Part shown: positions 12,560 to 24,801 of the stretch, one piece after another
Position numbering within the stretch: the first letter of the stretch is position 1
Layout of the letters: every line of letters starts with the position of its first letter
From: Massalongia carnosa
Taxonomy: Eukaryota
Assembly: GCA_965645245.1 (NCBI GenBank)
Contig: OZ287071.1
Location: 1,178,001-1,242,000 of the forward strand
DNA length: 64,000 nt
Direction of reading: 5' to 3'
The notes under the pieces: generated by a model
Seen by the model: only the letters and a program-made list of their open reading frames with translations
Database searches by the model: none
Told to the model about the DNA's origin: nothing
Made by a program: the position numbers and the translations under genes

Positions 12560-13152
12560 CTAACTCGATTTCTCCCCCCCATAATGTGATTTGTTCCAAC
12601 TCTTATCAAATGGACCGGGCTATAATGACACCAACGGTCAGCCAAAACCTACCAATCATCTATTTCCTTCTTCGTTACTGAGATACCATCTCTTGCACCA
12701 AACCTCCAAATGTTCTCCTTCCCAAATTCTAATATTCTCTCATATCCCCCCCTTCCCCCCGCAAAAAAGATAAGAAAGAGAAAAACTCACCGGAGCCCTC
12801 TGCTCGCCATATTTCTCCTCCCATTTATCAGTCCCTGGCCCTTTGCCATTGTTCAATGGTACCACATCATCCTCATGCCCCCTCTTAGTACCCGCCCCCG
12901 GCGTGTGAGTCTTCGAGCCCCCGCCGGCAGAGTAGCGGTTTTCAATGTTTTTTACACCGGGGGTACGGAAAGGATTGGGGAGGATAGAGGAGGGGAGGAG
13001 GAATGCTCCTGCTGTTTTGGGGTGTTAGATGAGTAAAAAATAGTAACGGAAATTAACAGGAAGGAGGGAAGGGAAGGGAAGGGTGGATGGGTACCTGCAA
13101 CGAGGCCCGCGGCGATAATTTTGCCGCTGTGGGCGCGGAAAATATTAGACAT
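12560..13152 (-). CDS. Small (~112 aa) hypothetical protein with N-terminal hydrophobic segment; 3 exons
   Basis: Spliced product MSNIFRAHSGKIIAAGLVAAGAFLLPSSILPNPFRTPGVKNIENRYSAGGGSKTHTPGAGTKRGHEDD...EQRAPPGPFDKSWNKSHYGGEKSS*. Introns have GT donors, CTAAC/CTGAC branch sites and YAG acceptors. Confidence 0.7.
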
Positions 13153-13497
13153 TGCTAAAAGAGTTTGAAGGCGTAGTTCATGGGTCATGTAGCCTTTAAG
13201 GTTTGGAATAGAGCCTTTGGATAGTTTTGCGATAATGATTCGTTTATTCTCTCTTGTACGTCATCACTTCGAAGGTTTTTAGCAGTTTGGAGGAGGCTCC
13301 GCTAGATGACGTAGAGCGTTTTTCATTTTCATTTAAGGGCTTGTAAAATTGCAATAAGTACACTGATCGAGTGCATTCATTTCATGAAAACATCTGGCTA
13401 GCTAGAACTACTTCTACTACTTGTAAGATACTCGGTAGTGCATTCGTGGACAGACGTGACAAAACTCCAGTCATGCTTCTTGTCATGAAGAATGCTA

Positions 13498-14834
13498 CAG
13501 TACTAGGTCAAAAGTTTCCGACAGCCCCACCATCAACTTTTTACCCCCCCACTGCTTTGAGTTATCAACTATCAAGTTGTTATTTTGCTGTCTTGAAACT
13601 TCGTACGATGATTACATACATTATAGCAAGCACATTGGGCTGAGAAATATATTTGTAATATTTCGTATACCATCCTTTTGACTGGATGCAAGCTTCAATC
13701 CTCCTTTCCATGCTGTCTACTAAACTCTTCAGCATTTCCTCATCTATCAAGGCCCATGCTTCTTCCAAAGCTTTCCAAAGTACCTCGCGGACCCTATCAT
13801 CACCACCAGTCACCGAGTCGATGTCCGGATTGACCTGGTAGACGAGCTTTTTGAGCACGTACCAAACGTGCTCGATGGGATTCAAATCAGGAGAATAAGG
13901 GGGCCAGTCGATGACTGTTATACCGTTTTCATCGAACCATTTCTTCACCTTTTTGGCAGTGTGAATGGGGGCATTATCCTGCATGAAAATGAGACCTGGT
14001 TCCCAAATTCCAAGCAGATTATCGTTCAATAAGTCCAAATATGAATTCGCGGAGTACCCCATCTTCTTTGCCTCGAAATCGCGGGCCAATTTGTAAAGAT
14101 CCGACCTCCCCCCCCCCAAAAAGCCCCCCATACCATGACCTTAACCTCTTATCCTTTGCCGTACGGTTGTATCATAGGTTTTTTCCATTTTTCGTCCGGA
14201 AACCTGAACACCCATTGACGCCGTTTTCCCGACCCCTTTTCCACCGAGCACTCGTCTGACCATATTATTTGTGACCACTGCTCAAAATTCCACTCACGCC
14301 GAAGCAAGCACCAGTCTAGTCTCTTCTTTGCCACCTCGGGCGTCAATAAAGGTCGCTTTTTAGCCAGCCAGTTTGTTAGACCATCGTCTTTGAGCGTCCG
14401 ATAGAGAGTGGATCGATTACATTGCACCTCAACCTCCGTACGCAGCTGCGCGTAGGTGATGCGTGGATTGATTCGCGCAAGTTTGATGATACGTCTTCGA
14501 TCGCGGTTCGAAAATATTCCAGGCCGACCCGATCGCGATTTGGACTTTTCGTTGTTGCGTTCTGGGTGCTTTTGAAGAGTGTAAATGAATGTGGTTCGAG
14601 GCACATTTAATGTCTTTGCAATTTCGGCCGGTGCATGCCCCAATGCCTGGGCTCCAATAATCATACCTCTTTGACATTGATTTAATTCGGTATTACGAGG
14701 CTTATTACCAGAAATTGAAGTCAATGGAGTGCGTGGCATGGTGAAATGATGAGGTCAAAGTTGATGGGTTGGTAGGTTAAAACGCGAAATCACGAAAATC
14801 GCGGGTAGAGTCGGAAACTTTTGACACGGGACTG
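13498..14834 (-). mobile_element. Tc1/mariner DD34E DNA transposon, full length (1337 bp), transposase inactivated
   Basis: TIRs CAGTACTAGGTCAAAAGTTTCCGAC versus (reverse complement) CAGTCCCGTGTCAAAAGTTTCCGAC; TA on both sides. Transposase from 14739 has WSDE, QDNA and YSPDLNPIE (34-residue D-E spacing). In-frame TAA at 14149-14151 and a frameshift in a 10-G run at 14108-14117. Confidence 0.95.
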
Positions 14835-17354
14835 TAAGATTGCTGAGTACTATGAACGATATAAACCAAGGCTATGGGTCTCTGCTAAATACCCCCTTCC
14901 AGGACTTCTATGAGTCTGCATTTTTGGATTTCTGGAATTCTAGATGCTCGCGTAGTTCGTGGCGGTACTCATGTCAAAAAAAAAATCGGCAAGTAATGTT
15001 GGTGGAATGAGTACTTAGAAAGATAAATAGTAAGTGTAGTTAAAGAGACTTTCATGGACTTTTTTGTAGAGTCCACGTCTATTCCTATCTAAGACAAGGC
15101 ACCTATTGTATCGCGAACGAGGGTAGATTTGGTTCGAGGCTCCAAGTATATTTGAACGCCATGTCTAGATTTATTTTAGGAGGGTTTCATAAGGTATGAT
15201 CTCAACTTCTTGTTGCTCTCGAATTTTGTTTGAAGCGATCATAACGCTTGTGTCTGACTTCATTCAGCGCTCACTCTATAGGTGGCGCATAAGCTAATCT
15301 CCAACAGGTGGTGACCGTACCGCAAACTCTATGGTCCTTCTAATCCCATCGGGGAAACATGTTGCTGGAGCGAAGAAGTTGTTGAAACAAGAATAACTAG
15401 ACTTGCAGCAGCAGGCTGCCGTTGCATTAACTACGCCGTATGGAGTAGTCTCATTCAAGTTAGCGTTGGTGGTAGTGTCGCAGAATATCGATCATTTACG
15501 TAGCCACTAGCTCCTTAGGTATCAACCCACTCTGACTCAATTACTTTCTCACACCGATTCGTTCATGATAATAGACTTTGAAACAGGTATGGCACAAACT
15601 GATGAGGATAATTTCGACGCAAGGAAGAGTGGAACCATCTCCAATAACCAGCTCTATTTTCTGGCCCCAAGCATGGCAAGCTGACACATGCCGAGCTCGA
15701 CAACTCTCGGCAGTACGCTATTTTTTCTGACGGTTTAGAGTGACGGTTAGTCCCTGAGAAAGAGGAGTACCTATGGACGGCCTGAATAGGTTGTTGGTAA
15801 CGGATCACTCCGCCTTTGATGGTCTAGCGCAAAAATAATATTTGGTTAACGTAATGATCAATGTGCATAGCGCTGGTATCAAGTCTCTGTTGCATTGCCG
15901 AGAAGGAATACTGGATATCTCAAGAGGACCACAACAGCTTTCATCCCTTAATGTCATTGATAGTGGAAAACTGAAACCCATCTTTAATTGGGGGAATTGG
16001 ATAAGCATTCTCGCTATTAGACACTATTACAGTTAATCAGAAACCACTATTAACTGATAGGTGCTCCTGGCTCTATCTGAATCTCAACAATTACATCGTC
16101 CATACAGTCCTCTTTTAGCTTGCAGATACAAGGATCGAAACCAAATATTTCTCTGCGGAGAGACTAGCTTTTGTATAAGACAAAGAAGCCCACGAAGAGA
16201 TTATGCGAGACCACTCCTACTTCTTACCAAGATATCTTGAATCTGTACATTTCCCTACGCGTCAAGGCATACATTTTCCTCTTGCCTATTATTGATTCGC
16301 GACTTTCAAGGTTCATATAAACGGCTGCTTCTCTCATAATCTTTTAAGATCTACTCTCACGAACGATGGGAATGGTAATCTTGGACTCCTGAAAATGGGT
16401 TGAGGTTGACGACACCGCCTTTGACATTCTTGTCCCTGCCTCAATATGTTTCTATCTCTCTGTCCTTCGGATCTACTGTATTGATGTCCTGATCAAATCG
16501 TTAAATGTTTCCATAGCAGATTCACATCAGCTTACTTACAGAGTACACTGTACAACCAGGCAGCACAACACATGGGAGGTAAAAGACAAAATATCCACTT
16601 AAGGTTTGGTCCGGCTTAGGTACCGAGAGCAACGGCTTCTAGTCTTTCCATGCTCCCATGCAGGTTCTCGGCTTCCGACCAAGATACCAAGCCACGCGAG
16701 GTTATGTCATCCGTGATAGATTGATCAACACCAGGCCTATGTCTATCGTGCTATATCGATTTTGAATCTAGGGTGAGGACCCGTTGCCTTCTTTAGGAAA
16801 TCATTTTATTGAGTAACACTTACTCCAAGAGACACCCTGCTCGTTGCTGTAGGTTCGGGATAGGTGCTTGTTGCATAGTTGGTCCGAAAGGTTCTGTTGA
16901 TGTTCTAGTGTCAGTGTTATTGGCTCGTGGTTCGTGATCTCATTTAAAGATCCTGTTCCTGGAATAGCATCTGCAAATACCCATCTCAGTCTTCTTACAG
17001 TCATTGGCTACCGAAAGACCCACCATCCAATGAGGTCCGCTTTATGCATTTCTAGATCATCTCTGGTAGGCTGCTGGACCCGGCAGCTAACTGGAGCTGA
17101 CACTAGATAAGGCATGGCCATGTATGAATCGGATGCTAAACTCGGCTACCCTAATCGGGGCCCGAGTCATGAGACATGCGTTATGATCTGAGAGACAGCG
17201 TGGATATTAAGCTACTATATAATGAGTTCTCCTTGGCCTTCAGTAAGATCAGATTATTGTGGATCTAAGTAATATTTTATATTGCAGCTTATTCCCAGCT
17301 CTTATCTCCTGAGAACACTGTTTTCCTTGTCTCAATTTTTCCATTTATATCAAG

Positions 17355-18739
17355 ATGCCCCTTTCCATCCACTATATTTTGAGAGATCTTCTCTTTCCTC
17401 AGATCATGCTTGCTCTCAGTTCCGTAAGAGAAATGGAGCCTTCTCCTTTCTCGATTCTACACAGACCCGCTGAATTCTCCGACCCCGGCATATCAGTTAT
17501 AACATATCTTTCACTGTGTACCATATATTATACTAACTTCTCCGTTAGCACCATATGAAAGTAACGGAAAGCGAAATCGAAACGACTCAGCCTACGTACA
17601 AAATATAACTAGCCCTCCCTGCACCTTCATCTACCGGTTCGGACCCAGACGTAGATTTCTGGCTAAAGTCTACTGGCACTGTACTAGCACGGATGTTGCA
17701 AAAGGCAGGGTACTCCACCCAATCTCTGCAATGTCATGTAGATTTCTTTTGCAAATATGTGGCTCCGGCTATGGGAAGGCGTCCTGGGCTTGATGGAGGG
17801 CCACGCCGGTGGCGAAGTTTCATGACTGATGATTATAACCCCATTGAGCTCAGTTGGAGTTGGAAAGAAGGGGATACTCTGCCAGCTGTTCGATACGCTA
17901 TTGAGCCGATTGGTCATTGGGCTGGGACGGTGTTCGATCCCCTCAACATACGAGCTGCAACAGATTGCATCCGAAAATCTTCAAGCGCTCTATCTGGCCT
18001 GAATATTGACTGGCTGAAGTTTTTCTCCAAGGAGCTTGTCGCATCCGACGCAGATGACTTTGATCTTAGATCTAGCGCAGACAGCGATATATTAGGCTCT
18101 CAAATTTTTACTGCATATGATCTGGGAGAGGAGAAAACTGCTTTGAAAGCTTACTTCGTACCAACGCTGAAGGCTAGATTAAGCAAACAATCAAACCTAC
18201 AACTCATCCAGAACTCCATGAACAGGCTCATTGTCCAATATCCCTCGCTGGCAACTTCATACGCTGTCCTATCCCAATGGCTCGAGTCCCCGCAGGATGA
18301 ACACCATCTTGGCGCCGAGATTGTTGCAATCGCTTGTGTGCAGACCGCACAATCGCGCATAAAGATCTATGTGAGATCTCGTCTCACTTCATTCGACAGC
18401 GTCGCCGATGTCATGACCATGGGTGGAATCTTGGAAAACGAAGGGATAAAAAAGGCTCTTGCATCTTTGAAAGAACTCTGGGGGCTTGTGCTAGGCCTTA
18501 ATCCCGATTTCTCTACGTCTACGGCTTTAGAATCAAGAGGCCACAGGACTGCAGGAATTCTATACTATTTTGAGCTCAAGATAGGTGCTGCTCTTCCCTC
18601 ATCAAAAGTGTACATTCCTGCCAAGCACTATGGAGTCAACGGCTTCGAAATGGCTCGAGGACTGTCCGGGTTTCTTAAGGCAAGAGGCAATGTGTTCGCC
18701 AATGACGACTATTTAGAGGGTGTGCAGAAAATTTTGTGA
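17355..18739 (+). pseudogene. DMATS-family (ABBA) aromatic prenyltransferase, probably non-functional
   Basis: Motifs FWLKSTG..LARMLQKAGY, PIELSW, VRYAIEPIG, LKAYF, SRIKIY, KVYIPAKHY. Putative intron 17424-17548. In-frame TAA at 17606-17608. GTGAGT donor at ~18736 with no recognisable final exon. Confidence 0.8.
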
Positions 18740-20898
18740 GTAATCTTATTCCTCTCTCTTAATATTGCAGAAATTGCTTAGGACAAATAAGAAAGAAGAG
18801 GATGGTGGAATATTAATAGAGGTCGAGAAGAGTCGAAAATAAAGTGGTGAATGATGATTCTGAAGATAGGAAGAATTAAGAGGGCCGTTTATAGACGCGG
18901 AAGTGAGGTGAAGAGGGGGTTTTCAAAAATATCAACGAAGAAGCATCAAAAACCCACCAAGAGTTCCAGCAATCATAATTTCTGCGCTTGACTTGATGAC
19001 ATCACATGTCTGTCTTGAAAATTTGTCATAGTGCCATGTGCCCTAATACTTCTTACGCCCATGTTTAATGAGTCCGGATGAAACCAAATGTCTGTGAGAC
19101 ATTGGAGACATTTGCACTGGACGTGTGGAGTAACGAATTGCGTGCTCCGTCGCCCGTTTCGGTTCAGTAATCGCAGAGAGATTTAAAGGGATACATTGGG
19201 TTCATATGACACTGATCATTCATGAAACTGCAGAAATGATTTAAATATGTGAATTATCAAGCTATGAGTGAGATGACTGTAAAGCAATTCGAATTAGCTT
19301 GCGGCTTTATCTTTACATTCATTGGATGCGGTGTTATCTTCTTCAATCGTACAAAGCTTCATGAGGCTCTTCGAGGCACAGGTTGGAGCGTTGAAGAGCT
19401 TGAATGTAGCAACAGTGATAAGTGATAACGACGAGGCAGTATCTTAAGCAGCAAAGTCTTCCTGAATCATTGGCTGTTTCACCGCTCATACATTCCCTGA
19501 CCGTCGAAGGCTTGACTAAACCGCTGCTAGTGACAAGAAAGTCGCCTTTATCATGAATCTAATCCTAGGGCTGAGCGTGATCCAACAGCTCGAGAAATAT
19601 AGCTTGCTGATGGCCATTAACTGCACTCGATAACGACGATACAGCGTCTCATGTGTCAAAATAATTCGAATCAACGAGCGTTTTGCAACTCAACATCTCT
19701 AACTGTTGAAGGCTTTGAGAAAGATATCTAGTACCCTAGCCAGAACATACCGCTTTCTTTCATCTTACGAGGCCATAGAGCTAGATTTCAGCTCATCTCA
19801 TTAGTCTTCACAGATCAGGGTTTGGGGATTTATGATAGAAAAGCTAGACATTGGATGATAGGACTTTCCAAGTCTATGTTATTATGGGTTGAATGATCAT
19901 ATGTTATGTTTTAGTCGTCTAGATTATGTAGGCTCCATTTCCAGTAGATAAAATCGGACCGCAATAGCTTAATGTCCCGTCTAGCGATGCTGCAAGGAGA
20001 TGCCCTATTGTATATACTCAGTAGTAATGGACCGAATCCCAGACATTGTGAAAATGATCTCCTGGTAATGCCAGTGTTTCACCTCCTTAAATGCTAAAGC
20101 AAAAGAATGGGTTTTCTATAACTAAGTAATACCTAAAGCTAGGATACGCATCTTGGACTAATTTGAACACGGTACGGATTTCTTAGAATCGAACCTTGGA
20201 CGCGTAGTTAATATATGAACGGCCTTAAAGCATAATATTTTTCTGCGATGCAAAGGTGGTGTTTCAACCCTACTAACCCGCTCCGAGCGTTGGAAAAATC
20301 GAATGGGGTTCTGGCTGCTTGGGTAGAGGGCTAAGAAGTTGGAGTGGCCATTCGTGAACAGTCTCTCCTAACAACCGCTGCTAAGTCTATTCCAAGATAC
20401 CAATCACGAGGATGTCCGTCGATTCCTGAAGGATGAGTTGATGTTCCACCGAGCTAAACTTAAGGAAACTTGCTAGCGCAGTCTAAGCAACAAATGGTAT
20501 GTATTTCCGTTACTGTAAGAGACCCAACGACGTTGAAGGATATCATGTGATCGATAGGTTATCATTACATAAGCTGTTCCTCTCGAACATGGTTCGAGAT
20601 ACCTACAGAGCAGTACCAGCACCTATCGCATCACATGTCCTTATGCTTTATTTCGATGGCTTCGGAATGCTTTCTACATCGGTCGAATAAAACCTTCCAC
20701 AACACTAGACACCCGAATATTCTATTCGCGCAGTTTTTTCAAGAGACTTGCTCATGCGCTCTTGGACTTGATGAGCTGAAATCGTGACTTATAACTCAAC
20801 TCTGTCTTAGTTGTTGCCGGTCTGTTTTGGTGTTTGTGGTGTTCATGAAGCAGTTGGATTGACCTAGACTTATCAGCAACTCGCCTGAAAACTCCAAA

Positions 20899-22096
20899 AT
20901 GAGCGACTCCTCGCCACTTCTCCATCCCACACCTCGCCGCGAATTCATGATACCGACTTCTGCAGAATCTTCGGCTTCCAATACACCCTCCCGACAGAGG
21001 AGTTTTACTACAAACTTGGAGCCGGAAACAAGTGAAAGTCCATCTACAAGTAGAAATCGCTCAATCCTCAATCTTACTGCCTCTACACTCTTCGGCATAT
21101 ATTCTCCGTCTGGCTATGATAGCGTACGGGGCGAGCCATCAACCCCGTTCGGTACCGGTGCCGAGACCCCGTTGAGGCAGCCCGATTCAAGCGCACTTAT
21201 TACTGCTATCGATGCCTTCTCACGTCCAGCACGGCAGAAGGTCATCATACCTCAACATAGTACAAGTTGCTACAACGGGCTTTCGGGGCTCATCCTACGG
21301 TCAATGTTACTTTTCTTTTTCGGCGTGGCGTATGGACTCATCATTACTCATTTGCACGACAACCAGCAGCTGGCGCCTGTGAAGATTGAGCATTTTGATC
21401 GAAATTCATGGCGTTACTTGGTCATGTGGGGCATAGCGGGTGTCGTCCTCGGGGGTATAATGCCATGGGTGGACATATTTTGGAAAGAGGCTCTCGAAGG
21501 CAATGAGCTCAACCCCCCATCAAAGCTGGAACCTGAAGCGCCAACCTCGCCTATATCTGCCATCAAAGGTGACGAAGAACGTGTCTCGGGGTTTGGAAGC
21601 GGATCGGGCACTGATTGGAGTCCGGTCGTCCGAAGCATGGGGGCGTTCATTGGAATTGCTTTTGCTATTGTAAGCGTGAATCGAATCTCAGTTATCATTG
21701 TCTATGCCATAGCTAATATGACTCCAGCGGAAACTGCCCTGGCAGTCCACACTCCAAGTATCACTTACTTTAGCTTTAGTGAACCCGCTCCTATGGTATC
21801 TCGTTGATCGCTCAAAACCCGGAATTTTTCTATCTACCATTGTTGGCATTACTGGGACTGCCGTATGGGTTTGGGTAAACCCACAAATAGTACCCACCCC
21901 CGCCGCACCATCACCACAAGCAAATGCGAGCCACAGCACCTTCAATAATCTCACCCAGCATGGCTTTTTGAACAACGAAACCATAGGCGTGTGGACTTGG
22001 ATAGCAAGCGTTCTGTTTTGCAGCAGTGTTTGTTTCGGGAATATTGGAAGGCGTCTGGCTCTGGCGCAGCCTGGGAAAAATGTGTATCAACATTGA
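20899..22096 (+). CDS. INSIG-family sterol regulatory membrane protein (Nsg1/2-like); intron 21670-21727
   Basis: SRNRSILNLTASTLFGIY, LFFFGVAYGLIITHLHD, WSPVVRSMGAFIGIAFAIRKLPWQSTLQ, LLWYLVDRSKPG, WIASVLFCSSVCFGNIGRRL. Confidence 0.92.
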
Positions 22097-22312
22097 TTCC
22101 ACATACCGTTTTGGCGGCCGTTGTACTTCATGTCTTGAATAACTAAAACTTACATCTATATTGCAAATGATACTCTCATGAAAACGATTTTTCCCAACGC
22201 CCGGTCAATCCTCATCTCAAGACCAACCATGAATTATAGAGCACTTTCTGCGTCTCAAAAATGCAGCTCAGAAACGCCCACACCATAGCCTTAAGGAATG
22301 CAAAGCAAAAGT

Positions 22313-22520
22313 AAATGTACAGCCAATCATTGCGGTCCTCCCCACCTGCAGCGAGACAAAGAGGAGCACCGCACCCAAGATCGACAATTGTTTCACCGTT
22401 GACCCGCGACTCGCAGGACAGCGGTTACTCAGGTCAGCTCTCCATTCAGCATTACGATTCCCTGCTTCATGGAGAAATAAAGCCCCTAGGAGGAGAATGT
22501 TCCTTCTCGCAGGAATGCTT
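22313..22520 (-). ncRNA. snR10: H/ACA snoRNA, snR10 homologue (5' end approximate)
   Basis: Minus strand has an H box AAACAA (22388-22393), a 3' hairpin TCGATCTTGGGTG-CGGT...ACCG-CAATGATTGG and a terminal ACA-TTT (22313-22318). Pocket arms UGGGUG and CAAU pair with the LSU A-loop sequence AUUG-UU-CACCCA, 14 nt from ACA. TATATA lies upstream at ~22548-22553. Confidence 0.85.
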
Positions 22521-22809
22521 TTATTGCGAATGTTTTGTTTTGCGTTGTATATATGAAGAAAGGGAGGAGTAGAAAATTTAGCGACATATTTAGCAATAGA
22601 TTACAGCGCTTCAAGTCAGAGCGAGATTTTATTACCGCTAACTTCTCTCGTGGAGCGGGGCCGGGTAGGGTTTTCTACGTCATGCCGTTTTGCACACATT
22701 GCGAATAAACTGTTACGCCGCAGCGACAATAGCTAACAAAAGCGGAGGCTTAACATACTTCCATTCGTCGATTCGAGATACTTGACGCTGTTACATCTTT
22801 GGATTCAAT

Positions 22810-24801
22810 ATGGCTCTGCAAAAGATTGGTCTGCCTGCAGTTGTCGCTTTGTTTGACTCCACTAACAAGGAACCGTTTGTTCATAGCCATTCTTTCCGTG
22901 TATAATAAAACCGGCCTACTGGATCTAGCTAAGGGTTTAATCAAGAACAACATCCGGCTACTGGCTTCAGGGGGAACTGCAAAACTGATCCGGGAAGCTG
23001 GATTCCGTGTTGAGTGAGTCGAAAGTGTTCTTGCAAGTGACGAGGCTGAAATATGGCATTTGACAGAGATGTATCGGCAATTACCCATGCACCGGAAATG
23101 CTCTCCGGTCGAGTCAAGACCCTTCATCCTGCCGTTCACGCGGGCATCCTTGCACGAAACCTCGAATCTGATGAAAAAGACCTAGCGGAGCAAAACATAA
23201 ATAAGGTGGATTATGTGGTCTGCAACCTTTATCCATTTAAGGACACTATCGCACAGATCAACGTTACGATCCCAGAAGCCGTAGAGGAGATTGATATTGG
23301 AGGAGTTACTCTTATACGCGCCGCGGCCAAGAACCATACACGGGTGACAATTCTCAGCGATCCGGAAGATTACCCTGAGTTTTTGCAGGAACTGGAGAAA
23401 GGCGAGGTCACTGAGAGGAGCCGGCAGCTATATGCCTTGAAAGCTTTCGAGCATACCGCAGATTATGATAGTACGATTGCGGATTTCTTTAGGAAGAAGT
23501 ATGCTTCGGATGGGATGAAGCAGTTGACGTTACGTTACGGTGCAAATCCTCATCAGAAACCTGCCTCGGCGTTTGTCAAGGACGGGCATTTACCGTTCAA
23601 AGTGCTCAATGGCTCACCGGGCTACATCAATCTGTTAGATTCGCTCAACGCTTGGCCCTTGGTTAAAGAACTAAAGCAAGCTTTGAAGCTTCCGGCCGCA
23701 GCAAGCTTCAAGCATGTGTCCCCTGCAGGCGCAGCCATAGGTGTGCCTTTGAACGAAAAAGAGAGGAAGGTATGCATGGTAGATGATATCGAAGATCTAG
23801 AGAATTCAGGCCTAGCCCAAGCTTACGCCCGTGCTCGCGGTGCCGACCGTATGTCAAGTTTCGGTGATGTAATAGCGCTATCAGACGAAGTCGACATTCC
23901 TACCGCTAAGATAATTTCTCGAGAGGTATCAGATGGCGTCATTGCCCCGGCCTACTCGAAAGGAGCGCTGGAAATCCTCAGCAAGAAAAAAGGAGGGAAA
24001 TATCTTGTGCTACAAATCGAAGAGTCTTACGAACCTCCGGCTACAGAAACCAGAAACGTATACGGCATATCTCTTCAACAGCACCGCAATGACTACGAGA
24101 TTACCCTCAAAGACACCTTCAGTGCCATCATCACCCCGAAAGATTCCCAGCCCCTGCCCGAATCCGCTCTTCGGGACCTAGCAGTCGCAACCATTGCCCT
24201 TAAATACACTCAATCCAACTCTGTCTGCTATGCGCTCAACGGTCAAGTCATCGGTCTCGGCGCTGGCCAACAGTCACGCATCCACTGCACGCGCCTTGCA
24301 GGCGACAAGGCGGACAATTGGTGGATGCGATTTCATGAGCGGGCGCTAGATATTTGTTGGAAAAAGGGGGTCAAGCGTGCGGATAAAAGCAATGCAATCG
24401 ACATGCTTTGCAGTGGGCAGGTGCCACAGACAGGAATTGAGAAAAATGACTATGAGCGGAACTTCGAGGTAGTTCCGTCAAGATTTACGGATGAGGAGCG
24501 TCAGGAGTGGTTGGGCAAGTTGAATAACGTTGCTGTGTCGAGTGATGCTTTCGTAAGTCACCCTGATTAGAGGACGTTATCTTTGAATCTTATTGCATGC
24601 ATGGCATGCGCTGGAGATGTACATGCTGATTTGAGCTTGCTTCAGTTCCCCTTCATCGACAACATCTTCCGTGCCGCTCGCTCCGGCGTCAAATACATCG
24701 CAGCTCCGACCGGTAGCCAGAATGATCAGCCCGTGTTCGACACCGCTGAGCAGCTAGGCATAACATTTGTGGAGCAAAGCGTACGGCTCTTTCATCATTG
24801 A
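22810..24801 (+). CDS. ADE16/17: Bifunctional AICAR transformylase/IMP cyclohydrolase; exons 22810-22828, 22887-23013, 23067-24552, 24646-24801
   Basis: [69 protein letters not shown]-terminal RLFHH. Confidence 0.98.

Noticed and set aside
15563..16500. Short ORFs between the Tc1 and DMATS
   Set aside because: No recognisable domain in any frame; mentioned only as possible decayed sequence.
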